Assembly (NCBI GenBank): GCA_017499595.2
Contig: CM038999.1
Coordinates: forward strand, 4,030,001 to 4,094,000
Source: Psilocybe cubensis
Taxonomy: Eukaryota
Direction: 5' to 3'
DNA length: 64,000 bases
Shown: positions 36,663 to 49,140 of the stretch, piece after piece
How the letters are laid out: the number at the start of each line of letters is the position of its first letter
Position numbering within the stretch: the first letter of the stretch is position 1
The notes under the pieces: generated by a model
Databases searched by the model: none
Told to the model about the DNA's origin: nothing
Seen by the model: only the letters and a program-made list of their open reading frames with translations
Position numbers and translations under genes: made by a program

Positions 36663-37600
36663 CACTGCGGGCTCCGATACATGTTTGATGTCAAACATCG
36701 ACAATCAAACAGATATTATGTAGGATATAGATGTTTGATGTCACGCACATATTGTGTTTGACAACAAACATGCTTCAAACATAAATTGTGTTTGAACTCT
36801 GTGTGACATCAAACACCAAATATGTTTGAGCACTGTTTGGTAAAAAATATTAGCCTGACATAATTCCTGTTTGAATAGCTGTATGATAAGGTTCTGTCAC
36901 CGCTGGCGCTCATACATATTTTCAAAGAAAATAAGACCCAGTAATTAAGTTTCCTACATTTTTTTGACGTATTTTATTGGAATAGAGGCTTCGGGCTTCC
37001 CTAATTGGGTAACCCCGGACTCTATATACGAGAAAAATACGTCAAAAACCAACAGGAAACATAATTACCGATACATATTTTTCTATCAAATATGTATCAG
37101 CGCCAGCAGTGTGTAAGAGATCAACCATCAAATCCGTATCTTATCTAACATGAATATCAAACATATTTTATGTAAGCATTCAACCAGAATATTTGTCCAA
37201 AATCAAACAATTATCAAACATCCATTTTTTCTCGAATCTGATTGGTTCATACATATCTGTTTGGCAATCTGTTTGATTTCGGACAAAATATTCTGGTTGA
37301 ATGCTTACCTAAAATATGTTTGATATTCATGTTAGATAAGATACGGATTTTATGGTTGATCTCTTACAGAACCTTATCATACAGCTATTCAAACAGGAAT
37401 TATGTCAGGCTAATATTTTTTAACAAACAGTGCTCAAACATATTTGGTGTTTGATGTCACACAGAGTTCAAATACAATTTATGTTTGAAGCATGTTTGTT
37501 GTCAAACACAATATGTGCGTGACATCAAACATCTATATCCTACATAATATCTGTTTGATTGTCGATGTTTGACATCAAACATGTATCGGAGCCTGCAGTG
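36663..37600. mobile_element. Fold-back MITE with CACTG...CAGTG ends (CACTA/CMC-like), 3-bp TSD AGT
   Basis: Left arm (36663-36897 plus about 37115-37220) is the near-perfect reverse complement of about 37258-37600; AGT directly flanks both ends; many TCAAACA/TGTTTGA subterminal motifs. Confidence 0.95.
36898..37111. mobile_element. 214-bp MITE nested in the left arm of the larger MITE, 3-bp TSD TGT
   Basis: Ends CACCGCTGGCGCTCATACATATTT and AAATATGTATCAGCGCCAGCAGTG, TGT on both sides. Removing it restores GGTTCTGT|AAGAGATCAACC, matching the uninterrupted right arm. Confidence 0.92.
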
Positions 37601-38139
37601 AGTACTTACTGATTTATCCTTTAAAGGAAACCGTTTTTGAACCCATCCAAGTTCTCTGCATTTTTCTCTATGTTACGTCGTATGATGTTTAATATTCATA
37701 TGCTCACATTGACAATCAACAGTATATTATTATTATAAGATAGCAAGGTATTTTTGGAGTAATCTTCGAGGATATTAAGCAAGAAAAAATCAACCTTTCG
37801 AGCCACGACAAAAAGGATACATTTGTTGTCAAAAAACATGCCCAAGACCAACACCATGTGGTTGAACATGCCGCGTGTGATCCGGCCACTGTTTGGTCTC
37901 AGTCTTGGGAGCGTAACGCTCTTGCTTTCCATAACAATCCCATTGCAAGTTCCGCGGCTTCGTGTGTCGTGAGATGAATATTTCCCAGGCCAAGGCAATT
38001 AGTGATCTGATTACCAACTAGTCTTGTTCTTTGTTCGAGATACCCCGCGAGGCTATATCTGCGCTATCGCTGAAGCCCACAGCAAAGATTCGACTTCCAG
38101 GTATGAGAGAAATAGAGTCATAGATCCAACCTACGACAC

Positions 38140-39879
38140 ATGGCTTCTGGCGGAAGTGCAGTCACCACCACTTCTCTCGATGAACTCGACATTTCTCCAG
38201 TGACCTCTCCCATATCCAAACTCAGCGATGACATTCTCTTGTTGATTTTCATGACTAATGTTCGTATAGAATCAAATGTTCCTCTCTATGTCTTCGTGGA
38301 CATCATGAAAAGGCCATTAACCACAGCAAGGATGTCTTCACAAGTGTGTCGCTCCTGGAGGCACCTGCTTCTTAATTCGCCGTCGATATGGGGGAGACTC
38401 ATTCAGCTCGACGTATTGGATCAACGGAGCGGTAATTGGCGTGAGGAAGTGCTAAGGCGTACTGGGTCTTCGCCGCTGTGGGTCAGTGGAAATGTGTCAG
38501 GGACATGCGAAAACCCAACACCTGTGAGACTCTATTTCTACTCACTTCTCTATAATCGCACTTGCTGGGAACGAATAGAGAGGCTCAATATCATCGTCCA
38601 TGGGTCCAAGATGACCGACCGAGCATGGGACACATTTCTCCTTCCTGCACCTAACCTCCAACTCTTCGAGGTCTACTTTCCTCACATAGAAGAGCCCCTG
38701 TTTCTGGGTACGTTTTCGGCGGATTCGACAAAGCGATTATTCGGAAATCATGCACCCCTCTTGCGCGAGTTTCATGGGGACGGAGTCGACTTTTCCGTGG
38801 ATTCTGCATGGCTGGCTAACCTCCACGATATAGCTGTGCCTTCTCGGCTGACGGTGCCCGAGATATTGGAGCTCCTACAGCATATGCCTCTGCTTGAAAG
38901 CTTTTTCATTCCATCCAGTGATGCCACGGAGAACTGGGTACCGATCGGTCTCTTCCCGCGCGTCGATCTCCCAACTCTAACGGTTTTGCTACTCAGCAAC
39001 ACCTTACCGACATGTTCGACGCTCCTGGAACACATATACCCAGCAACATCTTGCTCTCTTTCGCTTACGACTAATGCCTACTACAACCCAAGTCTGATAA
39101 CCAAGGGCGTTCTTCGTGCTATCCGGGAACACTTACCCAGATTTATCCACAACTACTTTGCAACCCATAAAATACAACGCCTCAAAATGCGCTTTCACGA
39201 TGACTTGTTTCACTTTGAAGACGAATCACCTCGATTGGCGCCTCATATATTCTTCAACGTCTGCGTACGTACCAAGCCGGGATCTAGCTCACTTCCTACA
39301 GAGTCAATCCATGACCTGTCCGAATTGTTGTTCCCAATCTTTGTCAAGTACGCTTCTGATTCGCCATCACACTTTTCGTCCGTCACTGGTCTATCTCTTG
39401 ATATGCGTCACCTCGAAACATCCTCCCTGAAGCATATCTACTCACTACTATGTGCACTCCCCGCCCTTCGGCGTCTTAGAACGAGTGAAGATACCCTTGT
39501 TTTCCTCCTTTCCGTGGAGGATCTCAGAAAGAATGATTCGAGTGCCACCAAACCGCCCATTTTGTTTACGTCTCTCGGTGTTCTTCAGCTTACGTATCTC
39601 GATCCGGACCTATTCACCCTTTCCGGACATAATCATGGCTCACTCTTTCCATTTCTCAAAGGCAGAGTAGAGGCCAACAAACCGATTGACGTGCTCGACC
39701 TGAAGCTGTGTGGGCCGGATACATTACGGGATATGAATTTTATCGATGAGATGAAAGGGTTAGAGGTTCAGTGGACGGAGGACGATGGCGAATATTCGTA
39801 CATCTGCGGCAGCGGTATGCCTGACAGGCTAGAATTTGGCACAAGATTTGGTTGGAATGTACACGATCCATTGACATAG
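38140..39879 (+). CDS. F-box domain protein with LRR-like region
   Basis: Intronless 579 aa with SPISKLSDDILLLIF...SSQVCRSWRHLLLNSPSIWG, then APNLQLF, APLLREF, MPLLESF, LPTLTVL repeats. Confidence 0.9.
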   Translation: MASGGSAVTTTSLDELDISPVTSPISKLSDDILLLIFMTNVRIESNVPLYVFVDIMKRPLTTARMSSQVCRSWRHLLLNSPSIWGRLIQLDVLDQRSGNWREEVLRRTGSSPLWVSGNVSGTCENPTPVRLYFYSLLYNRTCWERIERLNIIVHGSKMTDRAWDTFLLPAPNLQLFEVYFPHIEEPLFLGTFSADSTKRLFGNHAPLLREFHGDGVDFSVDSAWLANLHDIAVPSRLTVPEILELLQHMPLLESFFIPSSDATENWVPIGLFPRVDLPTLTVLLLSNTLPTCSTLLEHIYPATSCSLSLTTNAYYNPSLITKGVLRAIREHLPRFIHNYFATHKIQRLKMRFHDDLFHFEDESPRLAPHIFFNVCVRTKPGSSSLPTESIHDLSELLFPIFVKYASDSPSHFSSVTGLSLDMRHLETSSLKHIYSLLCALPALRRLRTSEDTLVFLLSVEDLRKNDSSATKPPILFTSLGVLQLTYLDPDLFTLSGHNHGSLFPFLKGRVEANKPIDVLDLKLCGPDTLRDMNFIDEMKGLEVQWTEDDGEYSYICGSGMPDRLEFGTRFGWNVHDPLT

Positions 39880-40592
39880 GAGCAGTTCTTCCCTCCGCAA
39901 CTAACTCTGTTCACGTCGATCATCATGATAACTTGATTTATGATATGATTTTACTTGTTTCTGTTTCGAGTATTTCAGTGTACTATCGAAATATATCGTG
40001 ATGTAGAATATCGTGACATTATGGGGTCGTCAAAATGATCCGTGATCACGTCGTGTCTGGGGTAATAGCTGATACTATAGATAATTGAGTAGGCAATGTT
40101 CGTAACGGGGTCGTAGAATATGCTCTTGTGGGTATGTGATTAGGGATAGCTAACTCGTCATAATGAAAGTGCAATAATAAAAATACGATGTTATCAAAGT
40201 CCAAGCAGAGAAAGCAGATGAAAGCCAGGGCGATTTATAGGAATCATCAGATGATGGCCTCGTAACGCGACGAGGCAGAAGGTGCCAGGTTACATGGTAA
40301 CCGAATGACATCGAACTTTGAATCGATGTGTTTGTTTTCTTTGTTATCGCGAGAAAGACACCGGAAGTCGGAAGCAGAGAATCGGCGATGCGAATGTACG
40401 TGATATGTCGAAAACTGGGAGCAACGGGGATCCGCCGTGCAAAGAGCAATATTAGGTGCTCAATCTCATGAGGAGCAATTAAGGTTATCGTGGAAGTGAT
40501 CAATGGTCGCGGGTGTCGAGGAGTAGATTACTGACACTGGGGACGGGGTTGTAGTGGAAACGTTAAAGTTTAGACGGGAAACGATGGCGGTG

Positions 40593-41306
40593 CTAGGTAA
40601 CGGTGAGTTGCCACTCATCCGGACGACGCCCAGCAGAAATGCCGAGAAAACGTGATCGCCCCATCAAAAAGTCGACGCGTTTCATGCCACCGCGTTTCTC
40701 CTCCTCGTAGTGTCGGCTGCTCCGCATCCGCCTGTAACGCTGCTCGTACGCGCGGGTCGCGCGTCTCTGGTCGCTTTCAGACGGGAGAGAATTGAACTCG
40801 GACTGGGAGATGTTCGTGCGCAGCGAACGGTAGATAGCATCAAACACGTCCTCGAGTGTGATGTACGAGCCATTTGATGCGTGAACCTTGATTGTCCATG
40901 GCAGATACGAACAAGTGATTTTCATGCTGGCGAGTGGATGGCTGGTGGCTGCTTCGCAAAGTGCTCTGCTGGAAACTGGGTGATGATGACGCGACATCGT
41001 AGAGGGGTGATCGACGATATCCCATGAAACAGCATTGGGCTCCAAGTAGGGGTGCAGACGAATATGTACTGAGCGCCTTGAAGGTACTGGGTAAGTGGGC
41101 TGCTTTACGGGAGCATACGAAGGCACATATGAGTAAGGTGAAGGCCCAGGAAGGCCCAATGGTGTGGCAGATGGGGGAGTTATAGGTCCTGAAGATGATG
41201 GCACTGTAGACGTGGAAAAGGATAGAGCTGGTGTTGGCGTTTGGGGAGGGGAGTGGAAGATGTTCTTGTACGCAAAGCGTACTTGCTTGTTAGCTTTAGC
41301 TGGCAT
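40593..41306 (-). CDS. DUF6699-family protein with Pro/Ser-rich N-terminus
   Basis: LHPYL...WDI, EAATSHPL, LPWTIKV, ITLEDVFDAIYRSL, KRVDFLMGRSRFLGI pattern. Confidence 0.85.
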   Translation of the reverse strand: MPAKANKQVRFAYKNIFHSPPQTPTPALSFSTSTVPSSSGPITPPSATPLGLPGPSPYSYVPSYAPVKQPTYPVPSRRSVHIRLHPYLEPNAVSWDIVDHPSTMSRHHHPVSSRALCEAATSHPLASMKITCSYLPWTIKVHASNGSYITLEDVFDAIYRSLRTNISQSEFNSLPSESDQRRATRAYEQRYRRMRSSRHYEEEKRGGMKRVDFLMGRSRFLGISAGRRPDEWQLTVT

Positions 41307-43179
41307 TGGAATGAGGACGATACGCTGGTTGCAATAAGATATTGAGATGGGGAAGAAAATGTGTGTTGGGGGATCTTCTGTAGATTTACATCCGTCTTTT
41401 TATTAATGTCCTACATCCCGTAGAGGTATCGCCACATACTTTCGCGTATTTAAATTTGATGTCAGGGTCCTACGCCTGAAGTCAAATTCCGTAAGCACTG
41501 CCCTCCCTCGAGACGCTCCAAAATGGGCGATGCCAGCCAAGCTTTGAGGTCTAAAAATGGAACGTCAACCACAGAATGGCTGATATAACAACAGATGGTG
41601 CTCACAGGGTGGCAATAGTCTGTTAGTTCGCTCCAGACGCGGAATCAGGTCTTCAGAAGCAATAGAAACTGCTCAAACAACGTACTCACGAATCGGAAAC
41701 TTGACGGAATTCCAAGGTAAATTAAGGTTCCGCAATCGCGGCGTGAGAACTATGATGCAGTTTTCAATTGCGCTAGCTAGCCTTGGAAGGAATAAGCGCT
41801 TTCTCTCCTTGTTGTTGGAGTACTTTCCATTTTCCGAGTCGACTTTCACTTTAATGACTCCTCTCAGGGAGCCTGGACAGCATCTTCGAGTCAAAATTTG
41901 GAGATTTGAGGAGCGCGATGACGGGGTAGATAAGCAATTCATTATAGCGTAGGGCAGTGATCACAGTGGAGAGAGGGCTAAGGGCGTATACGGATTATGC
42001 TCACCGTAGTAGGTGTCAGAGAGGGGGACGGAGGATGGCATCCTGACTCCTGAGCTAGTCCAGCCAATCAACTTTAAGCGGGATCGTGGTGAAATGGACA
42101 AGGCGGGCATCGCATGAGTAGTGCACAGCACTTGGCAACCCCATATAGAGAGTCGTCTGTTCCGCCGCCAACATAAACGTCATGTTCGGGTACGAAAAGG
42201 AATTGAGAGCCTCGTGTTACGTTGATATTCCTTGAAGGCGGGAAACGTGTTCCGATGGGTGGTGTAAGCGTGAGATGCGCTGCGGATGTTTAATTCGCGA
42301 TGATGCAATGTTTGTCATTATTCCTGAAGTAGTATACGCAGTAACGACAACTCGGTGCATTATTTTCAGTCAGCCTACCAGGCTATGTTAACCATTTTTC
42401 AGTTTCTATAGGAGGGTAAGTTCGAAATTGAGCGTCAATCGTCTTAAATATAGAGCAATAAAGTGTTATAAATCTATAAAGCCTTAAGGAGGGTCCGCTA
42501 TGTTCGCAACTATCTTCACAGAATCGACTTAATTTTACCTGTAAAATTGTGTTGTATTTAGAGATTGACGGATATTGTTAACAGTCATACACAATCTATC
42601 CTAATGTAGAACGCCCAACATTAATTAATCCTTACATAGATCATAAAAAAACCGACAATCAGATCGTGTCACTGTTGGAACTCCCCAGAGTATTCCCAGT
42701 ACACCGTTGCTTGGACAAGACAAGAGTCATGAACTTAAACGACGACGTTTGCATATTGAATGGGCTGCGCATGTTCTACATAAATTCATTTTGGGCCTTA
42801 GGCGCTTAAGGTGATTGCCCGCAGCTCTACAAGGAGCCGTGCGCCTTTTTGCGAGCGCCCGTCGTTTAACAGTTTAATCATTGCAATGGCCCCTATCACA
42901 ATTTTACCCAGAATAGCCGCAGTTTAGGCCGACTTGTATGTCAAGATAAACAAATGCCTTGCTATTCCCCAGGGTCGCAAAATATATCTTTATATGGTGA
43001 ACATGATTTAACAAGTAGAACCTCTAAAGTATTTTGCCTCTCCGCACTGAACGGCGAACTCACTTGTACTAGTACAACTTGTAGTCATATGACCTTTGGT
43101 GGCGTCGGGCGAAGGTTGTTATGTATAGTAGCCTGTTCAACGTCGGAGTGTGTGTTGAGTTTGAAAAGTTGGTCAGAGA

Positions 43180-44413
43180 ATGAATTCACACGAAAAGAAT
43201 GTCATCATCAAAGAAATGGATCTCAACACAGAAGGCCCACAGAAAATGTCTACCCGCACATCAGGGGTGGTCCGACCTGCTAACTTGGCGGTCACTATTC
43301 TGGAAAACCTACAAAGATTCCAAAGAAATGAATCGCATCTGGCACTTCAACTTTCAAGGCATAGATCTCCCGATGAGCCAAACAGCAATCAGATGAGAGC
43401 GAGCCAGCCAAAAGACGACGAGGCCTTCATCCAGATGTTTAGTGTTGTAAAGAGAACTTGTCCTCACTCCGTAGAGTTTTTACGTGATAACCCGGTGCGT
43501 ACACTTCCAGTTGCAGTACATTATGTTGCTGACGTCGACGGTGCTACATTATTAGAGGTGCAGCAATTGCATTAAACATAACAAGATTTGTGTAGCCTCT
43601 CGGCTTATGTCGTGTATGTCCTGTACCCAACGACGGATCAGATGCCCCAGAAGACACGATTATCATGTATGGGCTATGGTCAGGCAGGGACTCAGCAGAA
43701 CGTGACAGGAGGCGGGACTTCGTATCCAACAACTTATGGAATCTGGAAGAATCAACGGGGGCGGAAAAAAGAAGATCATAAAGGTAGAAGATGATGCGAA
43801 CAGAAACCATGGGGAGCTATCACAAAGGGGAAGAGGTCCGAACTTTATGATCGCTTTCTATAAGGATTTTTGTATCTCAACGATGCGATTAGAGCCAGAG
43901 GATCCACAGAAACCAATGGAAGACATAAATCCACCCTCCCTCAGCGGAATCAATGAAATGGAAGATGGAGATGCAGGAAATACACAGTTAAGGACCTTTA
44001 AAGGTATTAATATTACGCGATATGAAAAGTTTCATATAACAATTTACTTCGCTTTAGAACTATGTGCTACAGCATCGAAAGAATGTATCGTGGAGATCGA
44101 CCTTCTCGCTCAACTTACTTTGTGTATGAGCGCATTGAGGATCCAGGAGCGAGAGCTGAGCAGAGATATACATCTTGACACGACTAAGATGCGTAACGTT
44201 ATATCTGTTGCTCAAAACCTTTTGGACGAAGCTGTTGGGAATTCTTGTGGCCCACTCTTCGATGGAATCCCGTTTTCGAAGCAAAGGTGTACACATGCTG
44301 AGAAAAGGACAAGGGAACGTACAGTTCAAGGCCAGGATGGAGGTAGTGAAAATCCGCTGGAATATGTGACGGATGCCAGGACTTCTGCGCGAAAGAGGCA
44401 ACGGCCTAGTTGA
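43180..44413 (+). CDS. Probable multi-exon hypothetical gene
   Basis: Successive plus-strand ORFs (131, 68 and 225 aa) with an intron-like GTGCGT...CTGAC...AG near 43495-43557; no recognisable family; structure uncertain. Confidence 0.4.
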
Positions 44414-44989
44414 ACTGATACATGCCCTACCAATGGACACAATCGCATTCATTTCCTGCTCCTGTGTTGGCTTACATATACACGAAAACATCGGATAATC
44501 ATTGAAATATTGATGGCCAGCATGCTCATATTTATAACTAGACGCTCATAGGCAATAATGATGAAGATATACCCCAATTGCAACTGTTTGTCACACAAAG
44601 AAAGTTTACCCGACCATGTACTGTGATAAATGCATTGGATAATAATAACACTCTTACAAGCTCTTAATGAGTGAAAAAGGGTCTCTTTCAGATCTATGTA
44701 TATGAAATTTGCCTTCTAAAATGAAGAAAAATATGAAAGCATTACCAAGACATAGATTAAATGAAATGGCGATTAGAAACCGATGATTAATGGAACCGGG
44801 AGCGAGGAATAGCGGTATCGGTGGGGGATGTCGGTGGTGTATTGATGTTCCGGTGTCATGTGAAGCGTGGGAAAGTGGACTTGAGCGGTTTCCGTGGTTA
44901 GCGAGCTACACTGCGTATCAGTGGGGAGAAGAGAAGGTCATTAGTGTCTCATGTTATTGGGCTGACCGAGTTGTACTTGGTATTCGATC

Positions 44990-45442
44990 TAAGGCTCCAA
45001 CCGTTTAGTTTCCGTTTAAATTTTATTACAAACTAAACGGAAACGGTAATAAACAGTTTACAAACGTTTATAAACGTTTGTAAACAGTAAGCTCGAGGGT
45101 GGCTACAAGGGCAGGCGTTCAACAGCGTTCAACGCATCATTTGTCCTAATGCGGCCGATTTGCCAAGGAAGATAATAGTCGGCACCTAATTGGTACAAAA
45201 ATGGGACCAAAACAAGAGTGCAAATGAGTTAGTTTGGTGTAAAGAATAAAAGATGAATCATTTGATGTAATACGCACCCAATATTGTCCAAAAAAGAGAT
45301 ATACTTTAGCACAAAAATCTGTTACCGTTTGAACCGTTTATAAACGTTTGTAAACTGTTTAGCAAGGCTCGTAAACTAAACGAAACGGTAAATGGTATAT
45401 ACCGTTTACAAACGATAAACAAACGAAACGGTTGGAGCCTTA
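44990..45442. mobile_element. hAT-superfamily MITE (453 bp), 8-bp TSD ATTCGATC
   Basis: 17-bp TIR TAAGGCTCCAACCGTTT/AAACGGTTGGAGCCTTA; ATTCGATC at 44982-44989 and 45443-45450; numerous AAACG/CGTTT subterminal repeats. Confidence 0.95.
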
Positions 45443-45647
45443 ATTCGATCTGATATTCAAACACGAGCGCGAGTTTTATAAAGTGCGAGCAGTAACTTGA
45501 TGTACTTACAGTGACAGATTTGCAAGGCATTGTACATTGAGCATCGAGACCGAGGCATAGTAGCAACCACAGGTTATATATTTTCTTAGCTATGTATGCG
45601 CTACGATTATAGAATATGAAGATACCAGCACAACCAGATCACGAAAC

Positions 45648-47385
45648 TCAATCCCTAACAAAAGTGGTCATTCCCTGCAAGTTGTTCTTATCTGTAGAGA
45701 AGATGCAATTGAGCATTCCGCAAAACATAACCTCATTGGAATGGGTTACATACCAAACTTGATTCCAGCGGCCTTGGCAGCAGAGGCGAAGTTGAAGTTT
45801 TGAACTGGGGTGGCCTTGCCTGGGGTGTTGACGGAAAGGACGTTCACAGTAGTGGCGTTGGCTGCCAGAACGTACAGGAAGCTATTGGGATAAATTTAAA
45901 TGTTTGAGATTAGATGAAAAGACGTCAAGTACTTACTTGTTTTTTCCAACGGTGGCCACGTCATTATCAATCGTGGCGGAGCCCTTGGCTTGAGGGTATT
46001 GCTGCATTATAGGGTCAGCGTCCTATTTATCCTTTAGTTGCAATTAATATATACCTTCACAATGCTTCCTGTAAGGTTCTTGCTGACGTTAACCTCAGTG
46101 ACAGTAGCGGTACCAATGTCCGTCAAGTAGAAGTTGCCCGACTTGGAACTGAAGCTCGACCAGCAAGTAGCTGACTGCCCGTCAATAGGGACAACGGATG
46201 ACGATGCGCTGTCACCGCTGCTTGTGCCGTTGCCACCAGAACCAAAGTCAAAGATGTCGAAACCAACTCCAGCATCGGTCGCAAGGATCGCGTTGGTGCC
46301 CGGAATCACTGTCATGGAGAATGGGAGCAATCCTCCAGCTGCAGGAGTCGATTTGACAGGTTCGGCTGACAGTGAGCCGTCGGCGGCGATATCCCATGCA
46401 GCAAGGAAGCCTTGTGTGGTTTTAGTTGATGCAGAAGTGCGAGTGAAAAATGATCTACATACCAGGCGTGGGAGGGACACCCTTGACAGATGCAATGAGC
46501 TTGGAACCATCCTCGCTGAACACGATATGGCTAGTTGTACCCGCAGGCCCAGTAGCGGGCGTAGTTTGGTTCAGTCCTAGCGAGCGCAGAGTATTTGGCT
46601 TTGCGATCAATCCCAACTTCGAGTCAGGGGTGTAGCAGCTATAAAACGGTGTTCAAAACCACGGAAATTTGCTTTTAATTTGGCAGATAACTCACTTGAC
46701 TCCATTCACTGTACCACCGTTCAGAACACATACCATGCTTCCTTTTGCATTGATGGCTACCGACATGGGGAACTCGCCCTCCGACGAAACTGGACTTCCG
46801 ACCATAGTCAGCTTTGTCGGGTTGTTTGGGTTGATCGCGAACATCGACAGTGTATTCGAGCCGGGCTACAGGCAGATAAAAAGAAAGGAGCCGTCAGGAT
46901 TATGCAGCTGCAGCCTTCAGAGAAGCAAAAACTTACGTTGACGGTGACCAACATCTTCGCCGCCGCGCTTGCCTTGATCGCGCCTTGCGAGAAGAGAGGG
47001 TCAGGCCCGATCGGGTTGCTGATTCCATGTGCGCCACGTCCGCCTGCGCTGACCGCACTCACACCGCTCTGTTGTGATACAATAATAGTTAGCCATTAGC
47101 TTACATATTCCGACTTCCTTCAGTAATTACCAATTTCCCATTCGATGCGATGTTCATCGCTATAATCTGGTTCCCGGAGGGATCATTTGTAATGACTGTG
47201 TATAAGTATACGGCCGGGTTAGACTAGTATGATATGTTTGATATCAAATAAAACTTACAATACGCAGCACCGGAACTCGAGGAGCTTTGGGAACTGTGCG
47301 GGGATCGGAATCCAGAGGGAGCGGCAAATACGCTGGAAGCGAGAGCGAGAGCGAGGGCAATACGAGAGGTAGAAAGGAACATCAT
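45648..47385 (-). CDS. Secreted lactonase-like 7-bladed beta-propeller (3-carboxymuconate cyclase-like), about nine exons
   Basis: Signal peptide MMFLSTSRIALALALASSVFA; motifs AAYFITND, GGRGAHG...DPLFSQGAI, VNPGSNTLSMFAI, GEFPMSVA, CVLNGG, GQSATCWS, IDND, NNLQGM. Confidence 0.88.
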
Positions 47386-48620
47386 TCTTGAGTCTGTATG
47401 AGCGTAAAGTTGATTGACTTGGAACTTTTGAAGTATATGTGGTTTATATATGTGGGAGGCGGTGAACTTGTTGACAGTTGAACTTCGAAAGGACGCTCGC
47501 GTCTACGAAGAAATTAGGGAGATTAGAGGGAATTTAACACAACTGCTAGTGAAGAACGAAAGGAAATTGGAGGGCTGACGGATCCATTCTGACCAAAGAC
47601 ATACCACATCTTATAGTCCCCACCCATACCTGCTAACCTACCATCCAAGCACCCATATGCCTCTATAATTAGCACCCACGCGAGGTTTTACTGATCCATC
47701 TCTGACCGTCGACCCTCTCGAGTGTCCATTGAGGTAAATTCCCCGTTGGGAACAAGGTCTTCTACCTGGAATATTTCAGCGGAGGGTAGAGATAAAAGAT
47801 GGCTGTGTCGACGCGAGGTGTTGCTAAGTCATCCATCGTTCTGTAGTCCTCCTGCGCAACCTTGTAATAATGCGAGTCACGGGACATATGTGGCTGTCGT
47901 TGTCAGACTTTCCACTCGTGCCCCCACTTTGCTCAGTAACAATCTGATGAGGGTTACTAATGCCAGTTGAGGACTATAATTATAGTCTGTCGAAGCCGCA
48001 CTACGGATAATAGCAAAACGCGGAGACCATGATGCTCCTTACGTCGCGAGACGGCAAAAGTGTTGCCGTTTCCTAGATTCGTATCTTTCTAGCTTTAGCG
48101 AATACCAATTGTCCACTACAGGAACCTCTGAAGAAACTCTCAAAAACCATCAGCGAAAAAGCATCTTAACGACATCCATGAACAAAAAATAACTAACCGT
48201 GATCACAGTGGCAAACAAATAAACAGAGGACTCAGGTATGTAACATACATCCATGATCGTCCCTATCCTCTCCATCAACTCTAACATGCCAAGGATTTGC
48301 GCCTCGAAAAATAGCATCTGAGTTATAATTAACGCACATAAGCTCAAAATTGAGGGGAGGGGAGCGGCATATGCGAAAGTGCGGGCGGAAAGCAGTTGTT
48401 TCCTGCCATCCGCTGCAATCAAATATGCGTACATCGTATCACGTCAGGACATACCACATTACCAGATATGCAGAAGAACAGGATGTGATCCTATCCGTGC
48501 ATCCTAGGCGACAAATGATATGTGTAATCCCAGTGTACATTTTGACTCTTAAATGCTTGATGCTGACAGAAGCACTTATAACACGGCGGACAAAAATCTA
48601 GTGAGCTGCGGAGTTGGTTT

Positions 48621-48845
48621 ACCATCACGTAACTGTCACGCATCTAGTGTCACGCTGTTAACGTTTGGTAGGACGGGAAGGTAGGTAATACCAAATCCAA
48701 ATCTTATTGTTTAATTCGCACTTGTAGCGATTGGTATACCTGACATGCGATCCTTCATTTTACATTCAGTTATCGAGCAGAAATTTGGAAGAAATACCCA
48801 AACTTAACAGCGTGACAACATGTACGTGACAGTTATGTGATTGGT
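48621..48845. repeat. Degenerate inverted repeat with arms of about 50 bp (probable old MITE)
   Basis: atcacgtaactgtcacg...tgtcacgctgttaacgtttgg (48624-48668) versus ccaaacttaacagcgtgaca...cgtgacagttatgtgat (48798-48841); no TSD identified. Confidence 0.6.
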
Positions 48846-49140
48846 TGGCACACTGGTCAGAGAACAGGTGAATTTGTTTGTTGCCTTTCATCAACACTGA
48901 CTTATCAAACCAAAATACGTCAAACTTGAAGGTGAATAGACATACACGTACACCTTCATTATATCAATCTCCTTCAATCACATAATCCCTGTGATTTGTT
49001 TGTCGGGAACACAGTAAAAGCACAAGAGTCGGGTGAAGAGAAATGAAAGGATAACATCACTTTCCGTTCATAAAATCCAACTCACAGAGATGTCTACACC
49101 AACACCAACACCACACGCACACCCACCCTAAACCAACACC

